Shown here: positions 38,254 to 48,171 of the stretch, piece by piece | Numbering within the stretch: the stretch's first letter is position 1 | How the letters are laid out: every line of letters begins with the position of its first letter | Origin: Patescibacteria group bacterium | GTDB lineage: Bacteria > Patescibacteriota > Minisyncoccia > Phycocordibacterales > JAKAEA01 | Assembly: GCA_040387855.1 (NCBI GenBank) | Contig: JAZKCY010000001.1 | Coordinates: forward strand, 189,857 to 253,856 | DNA: 64,000 nt | Direction of reading: 5' to 3' | The notes under the pieces: model-generated | What the model was told of the DNA's origin: nothing | The model's input: the letters and a program-made list of their open reading frames with translations, nothing else | The model's database searches: none | Program-made: the position numbers and the translations under genes

Positions 38254-38508
38254 ATGAACTATTATGTTTACATACTAGAGTGTGCAGATACAACACTATA
38301 TGTAGGTATAACTACTGATCTTACTCGAAGAGTACAAGAACATAATACATCACCAAAAGGAGCAAAATATACAAAAGCACGACGGCCTGTCGTGCTTTCG
38401 TATTTTGAAGAGTTTAAAAACAGAAGTGAAGCTTCAAAGCGGGAATATGAGCTCAAAAAAATGAAACGCGAGGAGAAGCTAAGACTCTTACAATCCAAGG
38501 CTCGCTAA
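38254..38508 (+). CDS. GIY-YIG nuclease (UPF0213)
   Basis: YVYILECAD.TLYVGITTDL.RR..EHN, GAKYT. Confidence 0.88.
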   Translation: MNYYVYILECADTTLYVGITTDLTRRVQEHNTSPKGAKYTKARRPVVLSYFEEFKNRSEASKREYELKKMKREEKLRLLQSKAR

Positions 38509-39210
38509 AAATTGCTCAAGCTGGGGTCCTTCAATCTTTTTGTATTCACCAGGCTTTAGTGTGCCTAAAGAAATATTCATAACTCGAGTTCGTTTTAGAT
38601 CAATAACTTCATTGTGCATTGCTGAACACATTCGGCGGATCTGATGTTTCTTTCCTTCTGTAAGGGTGATTTTGAATGTGTCATCCCCAGTAACTGTTAC
38701 TTTACATTTCTTGGTTATATATCCTTCGATATCTACTCCCTTTTCCATATACTCTTTAAAGCTTGGGCGTAAATTATTTACTGTTTTAACTATGTATTCT
38801 TTATCGTGAACATACTCAGGATTCAATAGTCGATCAGTAATTCGTCCATCATTTGTAAGAATCAAAAGCCCTGAAGAGTTTTTATCAAGACGTCCAATAG
38901 GGAATACATCCTTCATGGGAACTACAGACTTAATGTCTTTTTCACCTTTTTGTGGTGAGTGCGTAATAATGCCTTTTGGCTTATTGTAAGCAAAATAAAC
39001 ATATGACTTTGGCTTTTGTCGTGAACTTACTTCCACTTCATCGCCTTCATCAACCTTATCTCCAAGTACGGCAAAACGGCCATTAATGAGAATTTTCTTT
39101 TGGGAAATCAATTTATCTGCATCTCGGCGTGTAGCCACACCTTTCCAAGCTAGATACTTATTGATTCGCATAGGGAACGTTGGTTCTTCCATAGGCCCGC
39201 AGTATAACAC
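38488..39210 (-). CDS. rRNA pseudouridine synthase (RsuA/RluB/RluF family)
   Basis: S4 domain, PIGRLDKNSSGL, EGKKHQIRRM. Confidence 0.92.
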   Translation of the reverse strand: MLYCGPMEEPTFPMRINKYLAWKGVATRRDADKLISQKKILINGRFAVLGDKVDEGDEVEVSSRQKPKSYVYFAYNKPKGIITHSPQKGEKDIKSVVPMKDVFPIGRLDKNSSGLLILTNDGRITDRLLNPEYVHDKEYIVKTVNNLRPSFKEYMEKGVDIEGYITKKCKVTVTGDDTFKITLTEGKKHQIRRMCSAMHNEVIDLKRTRVMNISLGTLKPGEYKKIEGPQLEQFLASLGL

Positions 39211-39247
39211 ATTGACGAATTAAAGATAGTGTGGGTATTATATACTC

Positions 39248-39442
39248 ATGAATACAATATTTAGTACGCCAACAGTGTTAGCTCATAATGGGGTAGATCA
39301 CAGTACGGAGCATGTTGCTGCTCCTATAGTACAACACAGCTTTTTTCAGCATAATTTCCATCTATTTCTCTTTGGAATTGCATTCGCCATTGTCCTCGCT
39401 GTAATTATTTGGGGGAAGGAAGATACGGTAGTTCAACGATAA
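39248..39442 (+). CDS. Small membrane protein
   Basis: 64 aa, His-containing N-terminus plus one TM. Confidence 0.45.
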   Translation: MNTIFSTPTVLAHNGVDHSTEHVAAPIVQHSFFQHNFHLFLFGIAFAIVLAVIIWGKEDTVVQR

Positions 39443-40301
39443 ATTTTGTTCCAATCCCTGCCACACTTTCAATAGAGATATTTCCATTAAAATCTTTCTC
39501 AATAAATGTTTTAGTAGAAGATAGACCTAAGCCCATCCCTTTGTAGTGGGCTTTTGTTGTAAAAAAGGGATCAAAGATCTTCGAAACTAAACTGAGCGGT
39601 ATGCCAGTACCAAAATCTTTAATAGTTACTCTAAGATGTGAGTAATAGGAACTTAAAGAAATATAAATCACTTTTTTTGAAAAAGAGTTTTTACCATCAT
39701 ATGCATCTATTGCATTTGAGATAAGATTCGCGATAATTTGTTGAAATCTGATAGGATTTCCAAATAGCTCAGAGACTTTTTTAATTTTAGTTTGAAGATG
39801 CACTTCTGCTCTTCGGGCTTTGTATCCAAGCAATAAGAGAACATTCTCAAGTTCTTTTTGAGGACTAAATAGTATATTTGTATTTTGAAATGATAGTTGA
39901 TTCTGAAGCGCACAAATAATCTTTTGCGTTTGTGTACTTGCTGCTAGAGCTCTCTGTATGTACTTTTTGGTTTCTATGATTTGAAGATTTGCTGGATCTA
40001 ATTGATTAATATTGAGTGAAATAGCAGTTAAAGGATTTATAAGGTCATGAAAAATACCCGATGATATTTTACCAAACTCAGCAAATCTATAGAGCTGGGC
40101 TAACTTTTCTTGATGTAATACAGCTAATTCTTTTTCTTGATCTTTTATTTTTTGCTCTAATCTTAGTTGCTCAGTACGTAATCCACCTTCTGTTGTTGAG
40201 ACCGATAAAAATGACCCTAATGCTGCACGATTAAGCACCCATGCGATTGCAAGAATAATGAAAAGTATTAGACCAATAAAGTTTTCAATGGAGTAAAACA
40301 T
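39405..40301 (-). CDS. Sensor histidine kinase
   Basis: FHDLINPL H-box, NLISNAIDA, D.G.GI, FDPFFTTK, GMGLGL. Confidence 0.92.
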   Translation of the reverse strand: MFYSIENFIGLILFIILAIAWVLNRAALGSFLSVSTTEGGLRTEQLRLEQKIKDQEKELAVLHQEKLAQLYRFAEFGKISSGIFHDLINPLTAISLNINQLDPANLQIIETKKYIQRALAASTQTQKIICALQNQLSFQNTNILFSPQKELENVLLLLGYKARRAEVHLQTKIKKVSELFGNPIRFQQIIANLISNAIDAYDGKNSFSKKVIYISLSSYYSHLRVTIKDFGTGIPLSLVSKIFDPFFTTKAHYKGMGLGLSSTKTFIEKDFNGNISIESVAGIGTKFIVELPYLPSPK

Positions 40302-40391
40302 TGTCGACTGTAAGAAAGCTAAACCTCATTCGTTTCTAAACACAGATGGTTACATTCCATCAGTAATTATTACATTTTAAACAAAAACACT

Positions 40392-40688
40392 ATGGTGAAA
40401 AAAATAGCAGCTTTAAGTATATTGTCTCTCGCACTCGTTGTAGCAAACGTAGCAGGAGCTCAAACTCTTGATACAACAACAGGCGCGACAACAACAACCC
40501 AAACACAGGGGACTACAGGAACTGGAGTTGGAAGCGATTCATCAATGACAACAACTGATGCATCAGCTCCTGGACTACCAAATACTGGTACAGGTGCTAA
40601 TGCAGCTCTCAATGCAGCCCTTCTTCTTGCAACAGGAGTAGCCGCTGTAGCTGGAGTAGCATACCTTGTTCGACGAAAGACTGTGTAA
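40392..40688 (+). CDS. Small LPXTG-motif surface protein
   Basis: Signal peptide, Thr-rich core, LPNTG, hydrophobic helix, RRK tail. Confidence 0.85.
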   Translation: MVKKIAALSILSLALVVANVAGAQTLDTTTGATTTTQTQGTTGTGVGSDSSMTTTDASAPGLPNTGTGANAALNAALLLATGVAAVAGVAYLVRRKTV

Positions 40689-40711
40689 TGTGCACCACTA
40701 TCTTGTGTAGC

Positions 40712-40733
40712 AAACCTCCATCATGGAGGTTTT
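40712..40733 (+). terminator. Hairpin between substrate and sortase genes
   Basis: AAACCTCCA-TCA-TGGAGGTTTT. Confidence 0.55.
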
Positions 40734-40748
40734 GTTATAATCATATCT

Positions 40749-41354
40749 ATGAAGAATATAACATACATTCTTGTAGCGATTTTAACCCTTGCATGTGGCA
40801 CGATATTCATTCATACCTTAACTCGTGCATATATAGCTCCACCACGTGAAGAAGAGGTGGTGGTAATTGAACCTGTGACTCCTGCTACTCCAGCTCAACC
40901 TGATGCGATCACACCTGATAGATTACAAATTCCCGTACTACATGTAGATGCTCATGTGCAACATGTAGGGATGACTAAAAAAGGAACAATGTCTGTACCT
41001 TCAAATTACACGGATGTAGGATGGTATCGTCATGGTTCTATGCCAGGTGACAATGGGATAGCTGTTTTTGACGGGCATGTAGATAATGGCGTTGGACTTG
41101 CTGGTGTGTTTAAGCATCTCAAGACTCTTAAAGCAGGAGATGATATCTATATAGTAAATAAAGAAGGAAAGAAAATTCACTTTAAGGTAACGGGTATACA
41201 AGACTTTCCTCATGATACAAAAGATACAGCCTCTATATTTCAGACTACAGGAACTCCATCAATAAAGCTTATTACCTGTGAAGGGGAATGGAATAAAGAG
41301 TTGAAGACCTATATGCAACGATTAATAGTATCTGCAGAACTTGTTGCTAGTTAA
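40749..41354 (+). CDS. Class F sortase
   Basis: VGWY..G..PG..G.AV..GHVD, LITC.G.W, catalytic Arg in QRLIV. Confidence 0.9.
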   Translation: MKNITYILVAILTLACGTIFIHTLTRAYIAPPREEEVVVIEPVTPATPAQPDAITPDRLQIPVLHVDAHVQHVGMTKKGTMSVPSNYTDVGWYRHGSMPGDNGIAVFDGHVDNGVGLAGVFKHLKTLKAGDDIYIVNKEGKKIHFKVTGIQDFPHDTKDTASIFQTTGTPSIKLITCEGEWNKELKTYMQRLIVSAELVAS

Positions 41355-42026
41355 TTATACTGATTCTATTTTGTAGCCTCGACCTGGCAAGGTGTGAATG
41401 AGTTTGCATGTTTTATGTGTATCAACTTTCTTTCGTATATTTAAAATGTGAGCCTCGATTGTATTTGAGAATGGATCACTATCAGCATTCCACACATGTT
41501 CCATTATCATGCCACGTGATACAACATTGCCTCGATGTCGCATGAGATATTCCAAAAGAGAAAATTCTTTCCTCGTGAGATAAATTTCTTTGCTGTTACG
41601 TAATACTTTTTGTCGAGCCGTATCGATAGTGAGATCGGCAACTTTCAATATATCTGCTTCTATATGTAGGGGGCGACGGAGTAGTGCTCGGATTCGCGCG
41701 AGCAATTCTTTAAATGAGAATGGTTTTATAAGATAGTCATCTGCTCCTGAATTGAGAAGTCGCACTTTTTCTTGAATATCACTGAGGACGGTGAGCATTA
41801 TAATCGGAGTTGTTTTGCCAGATGCTCTAATTTCAGTACATACCGTATGTCCATCTTTTTTAGGTAATGCCAAATCTAAGATGATCGTATCGTATTCATT
41901 TGTACGAGCTACATATGATCCCTTCTCACCATCACTTACGGCATCTACTATATAACCTTCAGATTCTAATGCTGCTTTTAAAAATTCCTGAATATTCACA
42001 TCGTCTTCAATAAGTAGTATTCGCAT
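41355..42026 (-). CDS. OmpR-family response regulator
   Basis: ILLIEDD, ILDLALP, GADDYLIKPF, winged helix GRGY. Confidence 0.93.
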   Translation of the reverse strand: MRILLIEDDVNIQEFLKAALESEGYIVDAVSDGEKGSYVARTNEYDTIILDLALPKKDGHTVCTEIRASGKTTPIIMLTVLSDIQEKVRLLNSGADDYLIKPFSFKELLARIRALLRRPLHIEADILKVADLTIDTARQKVLRNSKEIYLTRKEFSLLEYLMRHRGNVVSRGMIMEHVWNADSDPFSNTIEAHILNIRKKVDTHKTCKLIHTLPGRGYKIESV

Positions 42027-42113
42027 AGTGATGAGTTATTATGAGGTCATTATTACAGAACTTTAGAAATCACAAAGCGTAGATAGGGGATGGACCTTCA
42101 TAATTTATTCATG

Positions 42114-42122
42114 TTATCCACA
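42114..42122 (+). promoter_or_regulatory. Consensus DnaA box upstream of nrdAB
   Basis: TTATCCACA exact match, single copy. Confidence 0.35.
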
Positions 42123-42342
42123 GAACTCATCAGTATTATCATTACAATACAGAAGATAAAACTAATCTAGACTAAGAAAATAGTCGAATCCTAGCTGTTT
42201 TTGAGGCTCAGGGGGTTTACATGGCCCCAAGCTTGTTACATGTTCAAGAAAAATGGTTGTTTGCTCATCTATGCACTCGATTTCTAATGTAAAATGAGAT
42301 ACGTTTTTAAAGTTATTAATTAGAAGATAGTCGCTATAGCTT

Positions 42343-45027
42343 ATGAGTATATCCATCACCACATACGACGGTACAAAAGTTCCGTTTAATGCAGATAAGA
42401 TTAACCGTTCTATTGAACGAGCATGTTTCGGTCTTACCGATCCTGTTGCAATGGTAACCCAGATTGCAACCGAAACACGTCTTACGCTCTATGATGGTAT
42501 TACAACAGAAGAACTTGATCAGGCGACGATCAACGCTGCTGTTCAAAATATCAAAGAAGATATTGAATACGATAAAGTTGCGACACGACTTCTTCTAAAA
42601 ACTGTCTATCGAAAAGTTATTGGTGAATGTAATTGGGATGATGCAGATGAACTTAAGCAAAAACATCGTGATGGATTTGTTGCTTATATCAAGCGAGGAA
42701 TTGCTGCCAATCGACTCCACAAGAATATGGAGGAAAAGTATGATCTTGAAGAACTAGCAAACTACCTCAAAATAGAGCGAGATCAAATCTTTATGTATGC
42801 TGGAGTAGACGGTCTTTTAAATCGATACGGATTGAAAGATATGAAACAGCAGCCTTTGGAAACTCCGCAGTATCTTTTTATGCGTATTGCTATGGGGCTC
42901 TCATACAATGAGAAGAATCCTACAGAAATGGCAAAGAAGTTTTATAACAAGATGTCAAAGCATGAATATCTTGCTGGAGGCTCAACAAATCTTGGAGCCG
43001 GAACAACTCGACCTGCACTCTCAAACTGCTTTCTCCTTGAAATGCACGATGATATGGAACACATCGCAAAATCAGTATCTGATGTGATGCTTCTTTCAAA
43101 AGGGTCTGGGGGAATTGGATTATCTATTACAAAGCTTCGAGCAGCGGGTTCTCCATTGAAGTCAAACTTCGGAGGAGTTTCAACTGGTCCAACACCATTT
43201 GCAAAAATTATTGATACAGCTATTCGAGCTATTCAGCGAGGTGGAAAGAAGAAAGGTGCTCTTTGTTTCTATATGGAAAACTGGCATTTGGATTTTCCAG
43301 AATTTCTTGATTGGAAGCATAATGCAGGAGACGATTATCTCCGAATGCGAACTGCCAACACTTCAGTATTCATGACTGACGAATTCATGAAGCGAGTAGA
43401 GCGAAATGATGATTGGTATATGTTTGACCCTGCAGATGCAGCAGATCTCAATGAACTCTATGGCGCAGCATTTACAAAACGCTATGCAGAATATATTGCT
43501 ATGGCAGATGCTGGTAAAATGCGAACCTATAAAAAGGTGCCAGCACGTGAACAATTCCGACAGATTCTTGTGATGCTTCAGACTACATCTCATCCTTGGC
43601 TCACTTGGAAAGATACTATCAACCTTCGCGCGCTCAACAACAACACCGGTACTATTCACATGAGTAATTTGTGTACTGAAATTTGTTTGCCTCAGGATCG
43701 AGATAATGTAGCGGTATGTAATCTTGCATCATTGAATCTTGCCGCACATATTAATGGAAAAGAAATAAATTGGATGAAGCTTGAGGATTCAGTTCGAATG
43801 GCAATCCGACAGCTTGATAACCTTATTGATATCAACATACTTCCTATTAAAGAAGCTGTTAAGTCTGACAAAGAAAACCGAGCTGTTGGTCTTGGCGTGA
43901 TGGGATTCTCAGATACTATTGAGCAATTGGGTCTTTCATATGATTCAGAACATGCCTGGGATTTTGCTGATCGAATTTTTGAATTCGTAAGCTATATGGC
44001 AATTGACGAATCAGCAAATCTTGCAGCAGAACGAGGGAGTTATACAAACTTCCAGGGATCTGGATGGTCACAAGGAATGGTGCCTATCGATAGTATTGCA
44101 CGCGTAGAAGCAGACCGAGGACGAAAGCTTACCGTGACTCGAGAAAGTAAACATAAAGGATTAAATTGGGATATTCTCCGGGCAAAGGTAAAGAAGGGAA
44201 TGCGAAATGCAACATTAATGGCCGTTGCTCCAAATGCAAACATTGGTCTTGTTGCAGGAACTACACCAGGTATTGACCCAAGATTTGCTCAAATCTTTTC
44301 ACGAAATAAAATTTCAGGAAAGTATGTTGATATCAACCACAACTTGGTGAAGGATCTTAAAAACATGGGTATTTGGGATAAAGTTAAAGGAGAAATTATT
44401 GTTCATCAGGGAGATATTTCTGGCATCAATGGAATTCCTCAGCACATTAAAGATATCTATAAGACTTCGTTCACTACATCACCATACGCATTCATTGAAG
44501 TTGCAGCGCGAGCTCAAAAGTGGGTAGATCAGGCACTTTCACGAAACATGTATCTTGAAACTCGAGACATCGATGAAACTATGCGAATCTATCAGACTGC
44601 TTGGGACAAGGGAGTAAAGACTACATACTACTTGCACATGAAGCCTCGACACACTGCAGAGCAAAGTACTACATCAGTTAATAAGGCAGCAGTTATGGGC
44701 AAAGTTGGATTCGGTGCACTACGAGCAAAAGCTGTTACTCAAGAATCAGCCCCTGCTGGATTCTCATCACCACTTCAGAAGACGTTTGATATCCCTTCAC
44801 CAGTTTCAGTCGAAGTTGCTGCAGGTCAGATGAGTTTGGGAGCTCAACCAACCCCTGTTGCGGTAGCTGCAACTCCTGCTGTAGAAAAAACTGAAACAGA
44901 ACGACCTAAAGCAGCACCTGCAGCATCAACACACGATGCACCAAAGCCAAAAGGATTTGTATCATTAGAAAATTTGAAGGCAGGAATGTCGACAGAAAAG
45001 AAGGATGGTAATGAAAAGAAATCATAA
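42343..45027 (+). CDS. nrdA: Ribonucleotide reductase class I alpha subunit with ATP cone
   Basis: ATP cone, SNCFL, SNLCTEI, VCNLASLNL, KTTYY. Confidence 0.95.
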   Translation: MSISITTYDGTKVPFNADKINRSIERACFGLTDPVAMVTQIATETRLTLYDGITTEELDQATINAAVQNIKEDIEYDKVATRLLLKTVYRKVIGECNWDDADELKQKHRDGFVAYIKRGIAANRLHKNMEEKYDLEELANYLKIERDQIFMYAGVDGLLNRYGLKDMKQQPLETPQYLFMRIAMGLSYNEKNPTEMAKKFYNKMSKHEYLAGGSTNLGAGTTRPALSNCFLLEMHDDMEHIAKSVSDVMLLSKGSGGIGLSITKLRAAGSPLKSNFGGVSTGPTPFAKIIDTAIRAIQRGGKKKGALCFYMENWHLDFPEFLDWKHNAGDDYLRMRTANTSVFMTDEFMKRVERNDDWYMFDPADAADLNELYGAAFTKRYAEYIAMADAGKMRTYKKVPAREQFRQILVMLQTTSHPWLTWKDTINLRALNNNTGTIHMSNLCTEICLPQDRDNVAVCNLASLNLAAHINGKEINWMKLEDSVRMAIRQLDNLIDINILPIKEAVKSDKENRAVGLGVMGFSDTIEQLGLSYDSEHAWDFADRIFEFVSYMAIDESANLAAERGSYTNFQGSGWSQGMVPIDSIARVEADRGRKLTVTRESKHKGLNWDILRAKVKKGMRNATLMAVAPNANIGLVAGTTPGIDPRFAQIFSRNKISGKYVDINHNLVKDLKNMGIWDKVKGEIIVHQGDISGINGIPQHIKDIYKTSFTTSPYAFIEVAARAQKWVDQALSRNMYLETRDIDETMRIYQTAWDKGVKTTYYLHMKPRHTAEQSTTSVNKAAVMGKVGFGALRAKAVTQESAPAGFSSPLQKTFDIPSPVSVEVAAGQMSLGAQPTPVAVAATPAVEKTETERPKAAPAASTHDAPKPKGFVSLENLKAGMSTEKKDGNEKKS

Positions 45028-45050
45028 TTATTAATTAGTAGATAAAATCT

Positions 45051-46097
45051 ATGGCACTCATTGGAAAAGCATCACCAGAAGATATGAATCTCCACCCATT
45101 TCATTACAAATGGGCATACGATTTATACAATCAGGCAGTTCGAAACACTTGGTTCCCACACGAAATTGCACTTAAAGAAGATCTCGACGATTGGGAAAAA
45201 ATGACAGAAGACGAACAGCATGCTGTGAAGTTCTTGATGGCATTCTTCAACCCTGCTGAGCTTATTGTGAATCGATCTATTGCTCTTGGAGTGTATCCAT
45301 ACTTGAAGTCTCCTGAATGTCACTTGTATCTTGCAAAGCAGATGTGGGAAGAAGCAAACCACTGTGTGGCGTTCGAATATGTACTTGAAACATTTCCATT
45401 TGATCGAGAAAAGATTTTCAATACTCACCTTGAAGTACCATCAATGGTTGCTAAAGAAGGCTTCATCAACAAATACATGAAGCGAATGATGGATGAAAAC
45501 CTTGATATTGAAACAGTAGAAGGGAAGAAAGATTTCATCCGAAACCTCGTTGCAACAAACATTGTGATGGAAGGTATTTGGTTCTACTCAGGATTCATGG
45601 TTGCTCTCTCATTCCGACAGCGAAATCAGCTTCGAAATTTTGGTTCTATGATCAACTGGGTGATCCGAGACGAATCACTACACCTTAAATTCGGTATGAA
45701 CCTTGTTCATAATATTCTTGAAGAAAATCAGGAACTTCTCACTGAAGAATTTGCAGAAGAAATCAGAAATATTGTTATCGAAGGAGTGGATCTTGAAACC
45801 ACATACAACAAAGATTTGTTCCCAAATGGAATTCTTGGATTGAATGCTGATTACGTAAACCAGTATGTACAATATGTTGCAGATCGACGATTGGAAGAGC
45901 TTGGACTTCCAAAGCATTACAACGCAACTAATCCCGCAAAGTGGATGAGTACAGCAACTGATGTATTTGAACTTGTGAACTTCTTTGAAGCACAAAATAC
46001 TAGTTATGAAGTGGATGCACGAGCTCATAGTTCAAAGAAAGAAGAGAAAGCAGCGATACCAGCTCCAGAAGTACAGGCGACTCCTATAGCTGAGTAA
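45051..46097 (+). CDS. nrdB: Ribonucleotide reductase beta subunit, class Ic-type
   Basis: Ferritin-like ligands PAE, EEANH, MEG, RDESLH; Phe at the radical Tyr position. Confidence 0.92.
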   Translation: MALIGKASPEDMNLHPFHYKWAYDLYNQAVRNTWFPHEIALKEDLDDWEKMTEDEQHAVKFLMAFFNPAELIVNRSIALGVYPYLKSPECHLYLAKQMWEEANHCVAFEYVLETFPFDREKIFNTHLEVPSMVAKEGFINKYMKRMMDENLDIETVEGKKDFIRNLVATNIVMEGIWFYSGFMVALSFRQRNQLRNFGSMINWVIRDESLHLKFGMNLVHNILEENQELLTEEFAEEIRNIVIEGVDLETTYNKDLFPNGILGLNADYVNQYVQYVADRRLEELGLPKHYNATNPAKWMSTATDVFELVNFFEAQNTSYEVDARAHSSKKEEKAAIPAPEVQATPIAE

Positions 46098-46116
46098 TAT
46101 TAAAACTGTGTGAAGC

Positions 46117-46151
46117 ACTATAAAACCCCTTATGTAAAGGGGTTTTATAGT
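46117..46151 (+). terminator. Intrinsic terminator after nrdB
   Basis: ACTATAAAACCCCTT-ATGTA-AAGGGGTTTTATAGT. Confidence 0.75.
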
Positions 46152-46329
46152 ATTGCTTTTTTGCATAAATATGATATAATACTAGTTATCGTGAAAAAAG
46201 TATTATTCTTTTTATTGATGCCGATCTATATCCCGCTTTCATTATTCTTGAACGCGACATTTGATTGGTGGATGAAGTTGAGTGAGTAATCTCACTTTGC
46301 TATACTGTACTTACTAATTTCCAACTCCC

Positions 46330-46448
46330 ATGCTTATTTCAAACACAATCTCTACCTGGTCAGGATTTGCCGCTACAATCTTTCACGTCTAACGCGAGAG
46401 GGATTTCATATACAGCAATGTACAGAAACCGCCTCTATGCGGTTTTTT
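46330..46448 (+). promoter_or_regulatory. Putative leader-peptide attenuator
   Basis: 20-aa ORF 46330-46392 followed by alternative hairpins and an AAACCGC/GCGGTTTTTT terminator. Confidence 0.55.
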
Positions 46449-46472
46449 GTTATTTATTTTTCTACTCATCCA

Positions 46473-47312
46473 ATGTCTACTTCACAATCAATTCCAAATA
46501 TTCAAGCACTTGTACAAGCTTGCAATGAATTACATATTTCTTATTCGTTTTATGACAGTAATCACAATTTTGTAGGTCTCAATGTAAAAAAGCCTTCGTA
46601 TTTTGCTAATGCATCAACACCACTCAATGATGAATCAGTCTCAAAAATTTGCAAAGACAAGGAGTTTACATTCAAACTTGTTGGTACCATAGTACGTATG
46701 CCAAAGACCTTGGGATTTGTAAATCCGTTGTGTGATCCTCAGTATCAAAAATATGTGCAATATGATTCATATGCTGCTATAGCTTCAAAGATAGAAAAAG
46801 AATTCACGTATCCGCTAATTATAAAAATGAACTCCGGGTCGAGGGGTGCAAATATATATAAGTGCCATAATAAACAAGATGTGCTCAAAGCGCTTGCAAT
46901 AATCTATAATAAACAATCGTTCCAGTATGACTATATTGCATTAGCTCAGGAATATATTAGTATTGCACGTGAGTTTAGAGTAATTATATTTAATAAAAAA
47001 GTTGTACTAGTGTATGAAAAGGACTTTAGTAAGGCTCAGTTTGTAGGTAATATAAGTCCATTTCATCAAGAAAATGCTCGAGCTTTGCATATAACTGACT
47101 CTGTATTGGTAACCAAACTACAAAACTTCATAGATCCGTTATTTAGTAGATTAGATGTTATGTTTGCGGGTCTAGATATAGTTTTAGATAAGGATGGAGA
47201 CTGTTGCATGATAGAATTAAACTCAAAACCAGGTTTTGAATATTTCGTAAGAGATAATGGATATTCTGCACTCGTTGATGTATATAAGAAAATAATAAGC
47301 TACCTGAAATAA
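46473..47312 (+). CDS. ATP-grasp domain protein (RimK-like)
   Basis: YPLIIKMNSGSRG, QEYI, REFRV, GLDI, IELNSKPG; ATG 46473 preferred since 46437 lies inside the terminator. Confidence 0.82.
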   Translation: MSTSQSIPNIQALVQACNELHISYSFYDSNHNFVGLNVKKPSYFANASTPLNDESVSKICKDKEFTFKLVGTIVRMPKTLGFVNPLCDPQYQKYVQYDSYAAIASKIEKEFTYPLIIKMNSGSRGANIYKCHNKQDVLKALAIIYNKQSFQYDYIALAQEYISIAREFRVIIFNKKVVLVYEKDFSKAQFVGNISPFHQENARALHITDSVLVTKLQNFIDPLFSRLDVMFAGLDIVLDKDGDCCMIELNSKPGFEYFVRDNGYSALVDVYKKIISYLK

Positions 47313-47313
47313 C

Positions 47314-48162
47314 ATGGCACACATATTAAATGGAAAAGAGGTGCGGGATATCATACGCAATGACTTGAAAGAGCAGGTTGCTCATTTTGCTACCAAGCCA
47401 ACACTTGCAATTATTCAAGTGGGTGACAGACCTGATTCAAATGTCTATATTCGCCAGAAAAAACTTTTTGCGGAAGCTATTGGAGCTAAGGTGATTCATA
47501 ATGTTTTTCCAGAAACTGTTACCCAAGAAGAACTTGTATCGACAATAGAACTCTACAATCAGGATATATCTGTGCATGGGATTTTATTACAACTACCGTT
47601 CCCACAGCATCTCAATAAAGAAGATTTGCTTGAAAAAATAGTTGCAGTGAAAGATGTGGACGGGCTTACTGCTGCAAATATAAAAGCTCTTTTTGATGAG
47701 ACAGGACGGGGGCATATTGCAGCAACTGCTCGGGGAATCATCTCACTCTTAGATTTTGCAAAAATAGACCTCAAGGGAAAAAATGTTGTTATGATTGGAC
47801 GGTCTTCACTTGTAGGAAAGCCCACAGCACTTGCTTGTATGCATCGCGATGCAACGGTTACTATTGCTCATAAGCACACCCAAGAATTAGAGAAAATCAC
47901 ACAAAATGCTGATATCATAATTGTTGCTATTGGTGATCCTGAATTTATAACTCAAAAATATGTGCGCCAAGGACAGATTGTTATTGATGTTGGTATAAAT
48001 GAGATTGAACGTGATGGAAAGCAAAAATTGGTTGGAGATGTAAAATTTGAAGAGGTTGAAAAAATGGTAGATATAATTACTCCCGTACCCGGGGGAGTCG
48101 GGCCGATGACAGTAGCTTCACTTTTCCAAAATCTAATAGATGCGTATACTAGATTAAAATAA
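47314..48162 (+). CDS. folD: Methylenetetrahydrofolate dehydrogenase/cyclohydrolase
   Basis: KDVDG, GRSSLVGKP, IDVGIN, TPVPGGVGPMT. Confidence 0.95.
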   Translation: MAHILNGKEVRDIIRNDLKEQVAHFATKPTLAIIQVGDRPDSNVYIRQKKLFAEAIGAKVIHNVFPETVTQEELVSTIELYNQDISVHGILLQLPFPQHLNKEDLLEKIVAVKDVDGLTAANIKALFDETGRGHIAATARGIISLLDFAKIDLKGKNVVMIGRSSLVGKPTALACMHRDATVTIAHKHTQELEKITQNADIIIVAIGDPEFITQKYVRQGQIVIDVGINEIERDGKQKLVGDVKFEEVEKMVDIITPVPGGVGPMTVASLFQNLIDAYTRLK

Positions 48163-48171
48163 TTTATATTT

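Noticed and set aside
42114-42122. Replication origin at the DnaA box
   Set aside because: Single box, no cluster or dnaA/dnaN nearby; at most regulatory.
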